Source: Alphaproteobacteria bacterium
GTDB lineage: Bacteria > Pseudomonadota > Alphaproteobacteria > JAEULC01
Direction: 5' to 3'
NCBI GenBank assembly: GCA_020846275.1
Contig: JADLEG010000174.1
Span: 3,979-67,978 of the forward strand
DNA: 64,000 nucleotides
In this document: piece after piece, positions 19,699 to 29,065 of the stretch
How the letters are laid out: the number at the start of each line of letters is the position of its first letter
Numbering within the stretch: position 1 is the first letter of the stretch
The notes under the pieces: generated by a model
What the model was told of the DNA's origin: nothing
Database searches by the model: none
The model's input: the letters and a program-made list of their open reading frames with translations, nothing else
Position numbers and translations under genes: made by a program

Positions 19699-20978
19699 TA
19701 GTCACCGCAACCGGCCTGCTGCTTGTCCTACTCGGCGCCTCGATTCCCGTCGGCATCGGCCTGGGGCTGCTTGGTCTGATTCTCAATGAGATGTATTCGC
19801 CTTTGCCGCTGACGGTAATGCTGGGCGAGCTGACATGGTCGAGTTCGAACTCCTTCATCATGGTGGCGGTACCGTTCTACATCATGCTGGGCGAAATCGT
19901 CCTGCGCGCAGGTATCGCCGAGCGGATGTACAACGCCCTCGTGCAATGGGTGTCCTGGTTGCCGGGCGGCCTGATGCATTCGAACGTTGCCGCCAGCGCA
20001 ATGTTCGCGGCGATCTCCGGCTCGAGTGTGGCAACCGCCGTCACTATCGGCACGGTGGCCTTGGACGAGGTGAAAAAGCATCGCTACAACGAACGCCTGT
20101 TCCTGGGCACGCTTGCCGCAGGCGGTACGCTCGGCATCCTCATCCCGCCGTCGATCAACATGGTCGTCTATGGCGTGATGACCGAGACTTCGATTCCTCA
20201 ACTCTACCTGGCGGGGTTCATCCCCGGCTTCATTCTGGCCGGGCTTTTCAGCCTGACAGTCCTTATCGCCTGCTGGTGGCGCCCTCAATGGGGCGGCGAC
20301 AAGGTGCGCACCGACTGGGGAAAGCGCATCCGCAGCTTGCCCGATCTGGTGCCGCCACTGATCATCTTCCTGATCGTGATCGGCTCAATCTATGCCGGCC
20401 TGGCCACGGCGACGGAATCGGCCGCGTTAGGCATTCTCGGCGCCTTGGCGCTCGCTGGTTGGAAGCGGCGCTTGAATTGGGCGATGCTGCGCGCCTCGCT
20501 CGAGGGCACGATCCGTACTACCGCATCGGTGATGCTGATCATCCTCGGTGCCTATTTTCTCAACGTCGTGATAAACGCGATCGGGCTCACCGCCGCGATC
20601 ACCAGCTACATTACTTCGCTGAACCTGTCAGCCGTCGAGCTGCTGCTGGCGATCGTGGTGTTCTATCTGATCCTCGGCTGCTTCATGGAAACGCTCTCCA
20701 TGATGGTTGCCACCGTGCCGATCACTGCACCGCTGATGATCAAAGCAGGCTACGACCCCGTGTGGTATGGCATTCTAGTCGTGATTCTGATGGAGACCGC
20801 CATGATCACGCCACCGGTCGGCATCAACTTATTTGTGGTTCAGGGCGTGCGCGGCCGCGGCCAGCTTCACGACGTCATTTTCGGCGCCGCGCCGTTCGTG
20901 TTGACGATGTTCGTAATGATCGCGCTCGTCTGCATATTTCCGCAGCTTGTGATGTGGCTGCCAAACGTGGCCCGGTAG
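19695..20978 (+). CDS. TRAP transporter large permease (DctM)
   Basis: GTG start overlaps the DctQ stop (GTGA). DctM motifs are present (FIMVAVPFYIMLGEI, GTLGILIPPSI). The track ORF 19392-20978 carries a spurious N-extension. Confidence 0.8.
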   Translation: MIVTATGLLLVLLGASIPVGIGLGLLGLILNEMYSPLPLTVMLGELTWSSSNSFIMVAVPFYIMLGEIVLRAGIAERMYNALVQWVSWLPGGLMHSNVAASAMFAAISGSSVATAVTIGTVALDEVKKHRYNERLFLGTLAAGGTLGILIPPSINMVVYGVMTETSIPQLYLAGFIPGFILAGLFSLTVLIACWWRPQWGGDKVRTDWGKRIRSLPDLVPPLIIFLIVIGSIYAGLATATESAALGILGALALAGWKRRLNWAMLRASLEGTIRTTASVMLIILGAYFLNVVINAIGLTAAITSYITSLNLSAVELLLAIVVFYLILGCFMETLSMMVATVPITAPLMIKAGYDPVWYGILVVILMETAMITPPVGINLFVVQGVRGRGQLHDVIFGAAPFVLTMFVMIALVCIFPQLVMWLPNVAR

Positions 20979-20992
20979 AGGGTCTGCCCCCA

Positions 20993-21964
20993 TTACCGGC
21001 TCAGGGTTTTCGGAATGCCGTCGTAAATCGTTGGGTAGCGGCTAAGGAAGGCGCGGCCGGTCGGAAGCTGCAGCCACAGCCGCAGCAGGTGCCGCGGGCG
21101 GGCGGGATTGTCCGTATACTTCGTCCGCGAGTGGACGATCACGTAGTTGTTGAGCAGTTGGATATCGCCCGGCTCGAGTTCCATGTCCAAGCGCAGGTCC
21201 GGCCGAGCGGCGGTTTCGTCGAGGAACTGCAATGCTGCCAGCTCCAGCTCGGAAAAATGCATGCCGTTGAGGCGCGCGGTCTCGATCATGTTGCGGCGGA
21301 TCGCGAAGCTCAGCATGCCCTGGTGATATGTGTAGACGGGAACGCGCAGCTCCGATTGGTCGCCGCCCGCCTCGTTGTTCAAATAGGGAAAGCCCTTGTA
21401 GTAGACGGGCAGGTACTCGGGATGCCGGGCGAGCGCCTCGTTGTAGATCGTCATCGAGCTGGTGATCGTGCTGAGTCCGCCTTCGAGCGCCTTGCTGAGC
21501 GCCAGGAGCCCGACCACGTCGCTAAGGTCGGAGTGGAAGAGCAGGGCCTCGTTGCTGAGGTAGCCGCGTGCGCCGCGGATGTCGCCGGTGGTCCGATACC
21601 GTTTTCCTTCGTCGCGCACATGGCCGATGATGTCGCCATAAGAATTCTGCGACACCGGCGTTCCCATCAGCCGGCCGAGCGCAAGGTAGAGACGCTCGAT
21701 GGCCGGCTCGGCGTACCGATCGATCGGAAAGCCGCGCAGCACAACAAATCCGCGACCGTCCTGCAGTTCATGCACGCAGCGCCGCACCAGGTTCTCCAGC
21801 CCCCGGAAATCGGTCGCGACCGGCTTTTCCGTGCGCAATAGTCCAGCCAGCTCCTCGAGTTCGGTTCGATCGAGGTGCCAGAGCCAATCCGCGCGCCCCG
21901 ACACATCCGTGTGGCGCCATGCGCTGGGTCCTTCGACGGGGCGGTTTAGAATCGTCATTTCCAT
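20993..21964 (-). CDS. TauD/TfdA-family Fe(II)/2-oxoglutarate-dependent dioxygenase
   Basis: 323 aa with an HxD...H facial triad (LLFHSDLSD ... IVHSRT). Confidence 0.8.
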   Translation of the reverse strand: MEMTILNRPVEGPSAWRHTDVSGRADWLWHLDRTELEELAGLLRTEKPVATDFRGLENLVRRCVHELQDGRGFVVLRGFPIDRYAEPAIERLYLALGRLMGTPVSQNSYGDIIGHVRDEGKRYRTTGDIRGARGYLSNEALLFHSDLSDVVGLLALSKALEGGLSTITSSMTIYNEALARHPEYLPVYYKGFPYLNNEAGGDQSELRVPVYTYHQGMLSFAIRRNMIETARLNGMHFSELELAALQFLDETAARPDLRLDMELEPGDIQLLNNYVIVHSRTKYTDNPARPRHLLRLWLQLPTGRAFLSRYPTIYDGIPKTLSR

Positions 21965-21998
21965 GGCCTGATCTCTCCGGCTTTCCGTGGGCGTCCGG

Positions 21999-23042
21999 CT
22001 AGTTGCCGTCGATGGCGGCGAGCAGGATATCGGCGGCTCGCCGGCACTGGTCCTTGTTGACGTTCAGATGGGTGACCAGGCGGATGGTGCGCGGCGTGAA
22101 GGCCAGGATCAGGGCACCGCGCGCGCGGCAGGCCGCGACCACGGCGGCCGCGTCGGGCGCGCCCTGCGCGAGACCGAAGACGATGATGTTGGTCTTGACG
22201 AGGGCTGGGTCCAGTCGGACCCGCTTGCTTTGCGCCAGACGGTCGGCGATCAGCCGGGCATTGGCATGGTCCTCTGCCAGGCGGTCGATATTGTGTTCCA
22301 AGGCGAACAGCCCCGCTGCGGCAAGGATGCCGGCCTGGCGCATGGCACCGCCCAACATCCGACGGGCGCGCAACGCGCGCGCGATCGTCTCCTTGGATCC
22401 CGCCATGATAGTGCCGACGGGGGCGCCGAGGCCTTTGGACAGCGCCACCGACGCGAGGTCGAACGGCCGCGCCAAGTCGGCCAGACTGCGGCCGGTGGCG
22501 ACCGCCGCATTGAACAAGCGTGCGCCGTCCAGGTAGGAATGAACGCCCAGACGCCGTGCCGCCTCGCAGATCGCGCGCGCATCCTCCTCGGGAAATACCA
22601 GCCCGCCGCCGCGATTGTGGGTGTTTTCGACTTCCACCAGGGTCGTCGGCGGATAGACGATATGGCCGGGCGCCTTGTAGGCGGCCAGGAAATCCGCCGC
22701 GCCGAACAATCCGCCGCGGCCCACCTCGGTGAACTGCACGCCGGCATTGGCCGCCGACGCGCCGGATTCGTGATAGACCGCGTGGCTCTCTTCACCCACG
22801 ATCACGTCGTCGCCCGGCTTCGCCAGCACCTTCAGGGCGATCTGGTTCGCCATCGTGCCGCTGGGCACGAACAGGGCAGCCTCCTTGCCCAGCAACTCGG
22901 CGATCCGATCCTGCAGGCGGTTGATGGTCGGGTCCTCGCCGTACTGGTCGTCGCCGACCGGCGCACGGGCCATGGCGGCGCGCATGGGTTCGGACGGCAG
23001 CGTCACCGTGTCGGATCGCAGGTCAATCGTCTCCATCGTCAC
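21999..23042 (-). CDS. low-specificity L-threonine aldolase (PLP-dependent, beta-eliminating lyase fold)
   Basis: [21 protein letters not shown] and [13 protein letters not shown] motifs, and a PLP-lysine region. It sits 35 nt upstream of the TauD gene on the same strand. Confidence 0.8.
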   Translation of the reverse strand: MTMETIDLRSDTVTLPSEPMRAAMARAPVGDDQYGEDPTINRLQDRIAELLGKEAALFVPSGTMANQIALKVLAKPGDDVIVGEESHAVYHESGASAANAGVQFTEVGRGGLFGAADFLAAYKAPGHIVYPPTTLVEVENTHNRGGGLVFPEEDARAICEAARRLGVHSYLDGARLFNAAVATGRSLADLARPFDLASVALSKGLGAPVGTIMAGSKETIARALRARRMLGGAMRQAGILAAAGLFALEHNIDRLAEDHANARLIADRLAQSKRVRLDPALVKTNIIVFGLAQGAPDAAAVVAACRARGALILAFTPRTIRLVTHLNVNKDQCRRAADILLAAIDGN

Positions 23043-23163
23043 CCTCGTCCCGTGCGTGAATGCAAGTATTCATGAACATTGTACTTGTTACCATCAGAGA
23101 AGTCGGTACATTTTACTAGGCTTTCATCTTGTCCGCCGCAACGACGGAAGGAGCGGTAGTTCC

Positions 23164-24228
23164 ATGCAGACCACGGGCAGCAAGCCGTTGTTTCTCGTGC
23201 CTCACGATTTCGAAGACCGGCGCTTCTTCGTCGGGGCCGCGACGATCCCGTACGACTTCTCGGGCGCCAAGCTGCGCGACGAGATCTTGAGGCGCACCGA
23301 CGCGATGGACGTCGTGCTGGCCGCCGACAAGGACGAGACGATGGCGCTGGCCCCGCGGGCTGACTTCATGGCGGTGGACAAGATGCCGCGCGCGCTGTTC
23401 GACGCGGCGTCGCAGTGCCGCTGGGTCCATATCGCGTCTTCGGGCGCCGACCACTTCTTCAAGCGCAGCCAGGCCACCGCGGACGAGTTCCGCCGGCGCG
23501 GCATCATGATCACGACGTCCAAAGGGGCAGGGCAGGTGGTCATCGCCGAACAGGTGCTGTGCTACATGCTGATGTTCAGCCGTCGCATGGTGCGGGCCGT
23601 GCGGCAGCACCTGGTGGGGCATTGGGAACGCTATCCCGGCCAGGAACTCTGCGGGTTGACGCTGGGCATCGTCGGGCTGGGCGCGATTGGCGGGCGCGTC
23701 GCCTATCTGGGCAAGGCGCTGGGAATGCGGGTGATCGGCTGCAGGCAGGACCCCAGCAAGGGCGCCGAGCATGTCGACGCGGTCTATCCGGCGGACGAGT
23801 ATCGCAAGGTGATGGCGAACAGCGATTTCGTGCTGCTCGCCGTGCCGATCAATCAGCGCACGGAGAACATGATCAACCGCGAAGCGCTGAGCGTGATGAA
23901 GCCTACCAGCTACCTGATGAACGTCGCGCGCGGCGAGTGCATCGACGAGGACGCGGTCGTCTGGGCGCTCAACGAGGGCATCATCGCGGGATATGCTTCG
24001 GACAACCACGGCCGTCCCTCCGGGCCCGTCACCGACGAAAACATGGAACGACTGGAGAAGACGAGCAAGTTGTGGGGCCGGCCGGACGTGATCGTCAGTC
24101 CAAACTGTGCCGTGGCCGGCCCGCGGCGCTACGAGTACATGGCGGCGATCGTCGCCGACAATTTCGCCGCGATCAGCGCCAAGAAGGAGCCAAAGACGCG
24201 TCTGGTCTGGGAGGGCAAGCCGGTCTAG
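23164..24228 (+). CDS. D-isomer-specific 2-hydroxyacid dehydrogenase family protein (NAD-binding)
   Basis: Rossmann motif GLGAIGGRVA and a catalytic R/E/H region (NVARGECIDE). The track ORF 22855-24228 has an N-extension that overlaps the aldolase gene. Confidence 0.7.
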   Translation: MQTTGSKPLFLVPHDFEDRRFFVGAATIPYDFSGAKLRDEILRRTDAMDVVLAADKDETMALAPRADFMAVDKMPRALFDAASQCRWVHIASSGADHFFKRSQATADEFRRRGIMITTSKGAGQVVIAEQVLCYMLMFSRRMVRAVRQHLVGHWERYPGQELCGLTLGIVGLGAIGGRVAYLGKALGMRVIGCRQDPSKGAEHVDAVYPADEYRKVMANSDFVLLAVPINQRTENMINREALSVMKPTSYLMNVARGECIDEDAVVWALNEGIIAGYASDNHGRPSGPVTDENMERLEKTSKLWGRPDVIVSPNCAVAGPRRYEYMAAIVADNFAAISAKKEPKTRLVWEGKPV

Positions 24229-25460
24229 CGCCGCCGGCGGTCGCCGGGCGCGAACAACAGGGCCAGTCCCGCCAACAGCGTGGTCATCCCGATCGCCAGG
24301 AAGCCGTAGCCGTACCGCCCGGTCGCGGCGACGATCCAGGCGAACGCCATCGGCCCCAGCACGCAGCCTGCGAAACTGAGTGCCGACGCGCCGCCCGCGG
24401 CACGGCTGGCGCCGCCGGGAACAGCGCGCTGCGCCATCTCGGCGATGTAGAGCCCGCCCCAACCGGTTGCCGTGGCGCCGAAAAGAGCCGCGAACACGTG
24501 CACGGCCGGCCGCGGCACCTCCGGCGAAAGCAGCAGCGTACCGCCCGCGAGCGCCGACATTGCCAGCGCCAGCAGACCGAACAGCGTCGCCCCCTCGGTC
24601 CAGGTGCCGGATGCCGCGCCCCACGCCACGCGTCCCGCCATGCCGCAGACCTGCGCGATCGACATGGCGATCCCGGCCGAGACCAGATCGAAGCCGGCAT
24701 CCTCGACCAGCAAGGCGACCAGGAACGTGGCAAGGCACGTCTGCATGGCGCCGCAGGGGAACCCTGCCAGGGCCACCACCCGCAGCCGCGAGCTCGCCAG
24801 CACTTCGCGTGCCGGCGCCAGCATATGCGCCAGACGCAGCGGCGCCGCGGGCGTCCGGCCGGCATCGTGGACCCGGCGCAGCGCCCACAACGCAGGCACT
24901 GTCAGAAGCACCATCGTGGCCATGGCCAGGCTCGCCGCCCGCCAGCCTGCCGCGTTGACCGCGAGCGGCACCAGGAAACCGGCCAGGATGCCGCCCGAGG
25001 GATTGCCTGTCTGGCGGATCGAGAACACCAGGCCGAATCGATGCGGCGGCGTTATTGATGACAGGACCTGCGTCGCGGCGGGCGTCATCGTGCCATAGGA
25101 CAGCCCCGCGACCAGGGCGCCGGCCGCGAACATGACGATCGGTCCGGCCGTCACCAGCGCCAGCGACAGGGCCATCATCACAAGCGATGCCTGGGTGGTA
25201 CGGATCGGCCCCAAACGCGCGATGACCGCGCTGCTGGCTATCGAGGACGTCACTGCACCGACGAACAGAATCGCGGCATACCACCCGACCATGCTTGCCG
25301 GCACGCCGAGCTCCAGGGCTGCCACGGGCGCGAACAGCGGCACCGTGAAAATGCCCAGCGAAATGGCGGTTTCGGAAAACTGTAACAGCACAGCCGTCTG
25401 CAGTACGCGGCGCATCGCCACGGCCGCCCCGGCCCGGTTGTCGCCCGGCTGGGGTGCCAT
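24225..25460 (-). CDS. MFS transporter
   Basis: 411 aa with 12 TM segments. Its 3' end overlaps the dehydrogenase gene convergently by 4 nt. It lies downstream of the PEPM-like gene. Confidence 0.7.
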   Translation of the reverse strand: MAPQPGDNRAGAAVAMRRVLQTAVLLQFSETAISLGIFTVPLFAPVAALELGVPASMVGWYAAILFVGAVTSSIASSAVIARLGPIRTTQASLVMMALSLALVTAGPIVMFAAGALVAGLSYGTMTPAATQVLSSITPPHRFGLVFSIRQTGNPSGGILAGFLVPLAVNAAGWRAASLAMATMVLLTVPALWALRRVHDAGRTPAAPLRLAHMLAPAREVLASSRLRVVALAGFPCGAMQTCLATFLVALLVEDAGFDLVSAGIAMSIAQVCGMAGRVAWGAASGTWTEGATLFGLLALAMSALAGGTLLLSPEVPRPAVHVFAALFGATATGWGGLYIAEMAQRAVPGGASRAAGGASALSFAGCVLGPMAFAWIVAATGRYGYGFLAIGMTTLLAGLALLFAPGDRRRR

Positions 25461-25489
25461 CCTCGAGCGTCTTTCGCCTGCGCCGGCTG

Positions 25490-26347
25490 CTAAGGCAGGT
25501 ATTCATGTTCGATTTCGCGGTGGCGGTGCGTATCCACCAGCGCATCGCGCTCCTCGAACGTGCAGAGCGCGTCGAAGCCCGCCGAGCTGCCGTTGTTCTT
25601 GATATGCGCCAGAAGCCGGCGCACGGCATGGATCGCCGCAAGCTGCGGGTCGGCGGGGATGGTCAGCAGCTTGAACCCCATCTGGGCCAGATCGGCCGCG
25701 GGCACCTGCTCGCATTCGCCGGCGATGATGCCGATCAGCTTGGGTGCGTTGACCTTGCGGCCGAGTTCCTCCATCTGCGCGCGGGTCTTGATTCCGTCGA
25801 TATAGACCATGTCGGCACCCGCCCCCGCAAAGCGCAGGGTGCGCTCGATCGCCGCCGGCAGGCCCAGCATCGGCAATACGTCGGTGCGTCCGATCACCAG
25901 GAAGTCCGGGTTCTGCCGGGCGCCCAGGGCGGCGCGGAGGCGGGCCTCCATTTCCTTGGGCTCCACCAGGTTGTCTTTCGCCTGGCGGCGCCGGTTGGGA
26001 ACCTCCAGGTCCTCGATATGCACTGCGGCGGCATCGACGCGCTCCAACGCGCGCACGGCGCGGCGCAGGTTGAGCACTCCGCCAAATCCCGAGTCGGCAT
26101 CGACGATCATCGGCAACGGGCAGGTCTCGGTCATCGAGCCGATGCGTTCGACCAGTTCGGTCAGCGTGGTGTAGCCGAGATCAGGCTGCCCCCGGCTGCG
26201 GGAGATGCCGCCGCCGGTGCAGTACACGGCTGCGAAGCCCGCCTCCTCGATCATCTTCGCGGACAGCCCGTCGTAGGCGCCGGGCGCAACCACGATATCG
26301 CTGGCGGTGAGCATTTTCCGCAATCTGGTCGCGGCTGAGGCTGCCAT
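25490..26347 (-). CDS. PEP mutase / isocitrate lyase superfamily protein (carboxyvinyl-carboxyphosphonate phosphorylmutase-like or oxaloacetate-decarboxylase-like)
   Basis: 285 aa with IVDADSGFGG and HIEDL... segments. The canonical K-[KR]-C-G-H loop after the ED motif is absent. Confidence 0.75.
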   Translation of the reverse strand: MAASAATRLRKMLTASDIVVAPGAYDGLSAKMIEEAGFAAVYCTGGGISRSRGQPDLGYTTLTELVERIGSMTETCPLPMIVDADSGFGGVLNLRRAVRALERVDAAAVHIEDLEVPNRRRQAKDNLVEPKEMEARLRAALGARQNPDFLVIGRTDVLPMLGLPAAIERTLRFAGAGADMVYIDGIKTRAQMEELGRKVNAPKLIGIIAGECEQVPAADLAQMGFKLLTIPADPQLAAIHAVRRLLAHIKNNGSSAGFDALCTFEERDALVDTHRHREIEHEYLP

Positions 26348-26391
26348 CGACTCCTCCCCGTGAATTGCCCTGCTGACAGCGGCGCGCGATC

Positions 26392-26409
26392 TGGTGTAAC
26401 GTTTGCGTA
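26392..26409. promoter_or_regulatory. Operator-like motif TGGTGTAACGTTTGCGTA, 45-62 bp upstream of the PEPM-like gene start
   Basis: 16 of 18 positions match the motif at 35191-35208. The central CG resembles LacI/PurR-type boxes. Confidence 0.3.
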
Positions 26410-26444
26410 GCCTGTCACACGCGTCCGCGCAGCGTCAACCGGCT

Positions 26445-27161
26445 TTACGGCTTCGGCAGCCGCGCGCTCGCCACGCGTTCAAGGAACTCGTTCGCGCCCG
26501 ACGTCAGAAAATGGCTCGCATGATCGTAGAGGTAGAGCACCCCCTTCTCGATGTACTCCGCGGTGTCGGTTCGATTGACCAGCGTCCCTGCCGTTTTGCC
26601 GGCGTCGACGATGGCGGCGATCGCCCGGTCGACCGCTGTGGTCACTGCCGCGGGGCGAGCCTGGCCCTCCCAAACCCGCAGCGGATATCCCATGGACTGG
26701 GACAGGTCGCCGGGCCCGATAAAAAAGACGTCGATGCCGTCGATCTTCAGCATCTGCTTCAGGTTCTTGATCCCGTCGACCGACTCGATCATCAGCACGA
26801 TGATCTTGTCCTCGTAGTCGTCAGGATGGGCATAGCGGACGGTATCGACCACGCGCTGCGCATCGGCGGCCGTGTGGACCAGCGGCACCATGACCCCATC
26901 GACGCCGCGATGAAGGTAGCGCGTGATCAGCCAGGGAAGCCCCGTGTCCGGTCGCAGGATCGACTCGGCCCCGTGCAGACGCGCCGCGCGCGCCATGTCC
27001 TCGACGCGTTCCATGTTCGCGGCGCCATGCTCGCAGTCGATGAAGATGCCGTCGAATCCCAGCTTGGCGATCGACGCCACCAGGCTGGGTGAGGGGTGGT
27101 CCGGATTGATGACGGTCACCGGCTTCCGGTCCTTCAGCTTGCGCTTGATGCTGCTGCTCAT
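26445..27161 (-). CDS. HpcH/HpaI aldolase / citrate-lyase beta family protein (class II pyruvate aldolase)
   Basis: 238 aa with DGIFIDCEHG and GVMVPLVHTAADA motifs. Confidence 0.8.
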   Translation of the reverse strand: MSSSIKRKLKDRKPVTVINPDHPSPSLVASIAKLGFDGIFIDCEHGAANMERVEDMARAARLHGAESILRPDTGLPWLITRYLHRGVDGVMVPLVHTAADAQRVVDTVRYAHPDDYEDKIIVLMIESVDGIKNLKQMLKIDGIDVFFIGPGDLSQSMGYPLRVWEGQARPAAVTTAVDRAIAAIVDAGKTAGTLVNRTDTAEYIEKGVLYLYDHASHFLTSGANEFLERVASARLPKP

Positions 27162-27217
27162 TGCGGTCCTCCATTGGCTTTGTATCGGTGGATTTCGGCC
27201 ATCGCCGTCACGAGCGG

Positions 27218-27694
27218 ATGAATTCCGCCATGCTTAAGAAGCTTGTCGACGCGGTCACCGTTCTGACACGCCTGTGCGTCATTGCGGTTGGGTGCCTGCT
27301 GGTGGTGCTGGTCGCCGGCGAAGTGGTGTTCCGCTACGCCGTCCAACAGTCGCTGATCTTCTCGGACGAGCTTGCGCGATACTGCTTCGTGTGGGTGACG
27401 TTCCTGGGCGCCAGTCTGGCCCTGCGGCGCGGCCAGCATATCGGCCTGGAACTCGGCTACCACGAACGCTGGCCCCTCTTGCGCGCCGCCGTGCATCTGG
27501 CGGTGGCGGCTTTCCTGATGGTGTTCCTGTGGGCGAGCGCCAAGCTGGTGCCGGCCATGTGGGCGCAGCGCTCGCCGATCCTCGATATCAGCATGGGCTG
27601 GATCTTCCTTGCCCTGCCGGTCGGCGCGGCGCTGATGCTGTTGCAGCTTCTGGCCAGGGTCGGCGGCCATGGCCCCGACCGCGATGACCGCTAG
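27218..27694 (+). CDS. TRAP transporter small permease (DctQ)
   Basis: Four TM segments. ATG at 27218; 27230 is an alternative. The track ORF begins at TTG 27161. Confidence 0.7.
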   Translation: MNSAMLKKLVDAVTVLTRLCVIAVGCLLVVLVAGEVVFRYAVQQSLIFSDELARYCFVWVTFLGASLALRRGQHIGLELGYHERWPLLRAAVHLAVAAFLMVFLWASAKLVPAMWAQRSPILDISMGWIFLALPVGAALMLLQLLARVGGHGPDRDDR

Positions 27695-27703
27695 GAGCCG
27701 CCC

Positions 27704-28990
27704 ATGAGTGCATTGATCACGACGTTCCTGGTCACGCTGATGATCGGCGTGCCTGTCGCCTTCGCCTTTGGGCTGGCCGCCATCGCGGGGCTGGTGACAT
27801 GGAGCAACGTGTCGATGGTGATTCTGCCCCAGCGCATGTTCGCGGGCGTCGATTCTTTCCCGTTCCTGGCGATCCCCTTCTTCATCCTGGTCGGCGACCT
27901 CATGGCGGCCTCGGGGATCACGCTGTCGCTGGTCAGGTTCTGCGATTCGCTGGTGGGCCGCATCCGCGGCGGCCTGGCCCAGGTGAACGTCATCGCCAAC
28001 GTCGTGTTCGCCGGCATCTCGGGCGCCGCCACCGCCGATGCGGCGGCCCTGGGGGCGGTGATGATCCCGGCGATGGTCAAGGCCGGTTACGACAAGCCGT
28101 TCGCCGCCGCCGTGACGGCCGCGGCCGCGATCATGGGGCCGATCATCCCGCCGAGCATCGGCATGGTGATCTATTCGCTGACGCTGGGCGGCAAGGTGTC
28201 GATCGCCGGCCTGTTCATGGCGGGCATCCTGCCCGGCCTGCTGATCGCGCTCGTGCTGTCGATCCTCTGTTACGTCATGGCCGTGCGGCGCGGCTATCCC
28301 GTCAGCGACGAAGGCTTCGCGCTGCAGCGCGTCGCCAGCAGCTTCCGCGGCGCGGCGCCGGCCCTGTTGGCGCCGATGATCATCCTGGGCGGGATTCTGG
28401 GTGGCATCTTCACGCCCACGGAATCGGCTGCGGTCTGCGTCGTCTATGTCCTGGTGGTCGGGCTGGCGATTCGCCGCGGCCTGACGACGCCGATCGTGCT
28501 CGCCGCGGTGGAACGCAGCATCGTCACCACCTCGGTCGTGACCTTGCTGCTGGCGACGTCCGAGATCGTCACCTGGCTGCTGACGGCGATGCATTTCCCG
28601 GCCGCGCTCAGCGCCCTGGTCATGTCCATCGCGCCGGACCGCGTCACCTTCATCCTGGTCTTCCTGGTGTTCATGATGCTCGCGGGCATCGCGGTCGAGC
28701 CGGTGCCGCTGATGGTCATGTTCGCGCCCATCCTGGCGCCGATCGCCTACAAGTTCGGGATCGATCCGCTTCATTTCGGCGTCATGTTCGTGCTTGCAGT
28801 CGAAATCGGCCTGATCACCCCGCCCGTGGGCAGCGTGCTGTTCGTCGTCTGCGGCGTCGCAAACATGCCGCTGAAGACGCTGTCGCGCGCCATTCTGCCG
28901 TTCGTGGTGGCCGAGTTCATCGCGCTCTTGATCGTTGCCTTCGTGCCCGCTATCTCGCTGGCCATTCCGCACAGCCTCGGCTTCCGCTAG
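27704..28990 (+). CDS. TRAP transporter large permease (DctM)
   Basis: 428 aa. An AGGAG RBS precedes the start. DctM motifs are present. Confidence 0.85.
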   Translation: MSALITTFLVTLMIGVPVAFAFGLAAIAGLVTWSNVSMVILPQRMFAGVDSFPFLAIPFFILVGDLMAASGITLSLVRFCDSLVGRIRGGLAQVNVIANVVFAGISGAATADAAALGAVMIPAMVKAGYDKPFAAAVTAAAAIMGPIIPPSIGMVIYSLTLGGKVSIAGLFMAGILPGLLIALVLSILCYVMAVRRGYPVSDEGFALQRVASSFRGAAPALLAPMIILGGILGGIFTPTESAAVCVVYVLVVGLAIRRGLTTPIVLAAVERSIVTTSVVTLLLATSEIVTWLLTAMHFPAALSALVMSIAPDRVTFILVFLVFMMLAGIAVEPVPLMVMFAPILAPIAYKFGIDPLHFGVMFVLAVEIGLITPPVGSVLFVVCGVANMPLKTLSRAILPFVVAEFIALLIVAFVPAISLAIPHSLGFR

Positions 28991-29038
28991 CGCAGGGTCC
29001 GGGTTTGCGGTCCCACCGCCGATATGGCACCCTTTCAG

Positions 29039-29050
29039 TTTAACGTTAAA
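29039..29050. promoter_or_regulatory. Perfect 12-bp palindrome TTTAACGTTAAA, 16 bp upstream of the dctP start codon
   Basis: Central CG. The same core occurs at 38939-38950. This is a LacI-family operator architecture. Confidence 0.3.
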
Positions 29051-29065
29051 TCGGAGGATCGGGAG

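Noticed and set aside
22855-24228. 457-aa version of the 2-hydroxyacid dehydrogenase ORF
   Set aside because: The first ~100 codons overlap the threonine-aldolase gene on the opposite strand. Dehydrogenase homology begins at MQTTGSK (23164).
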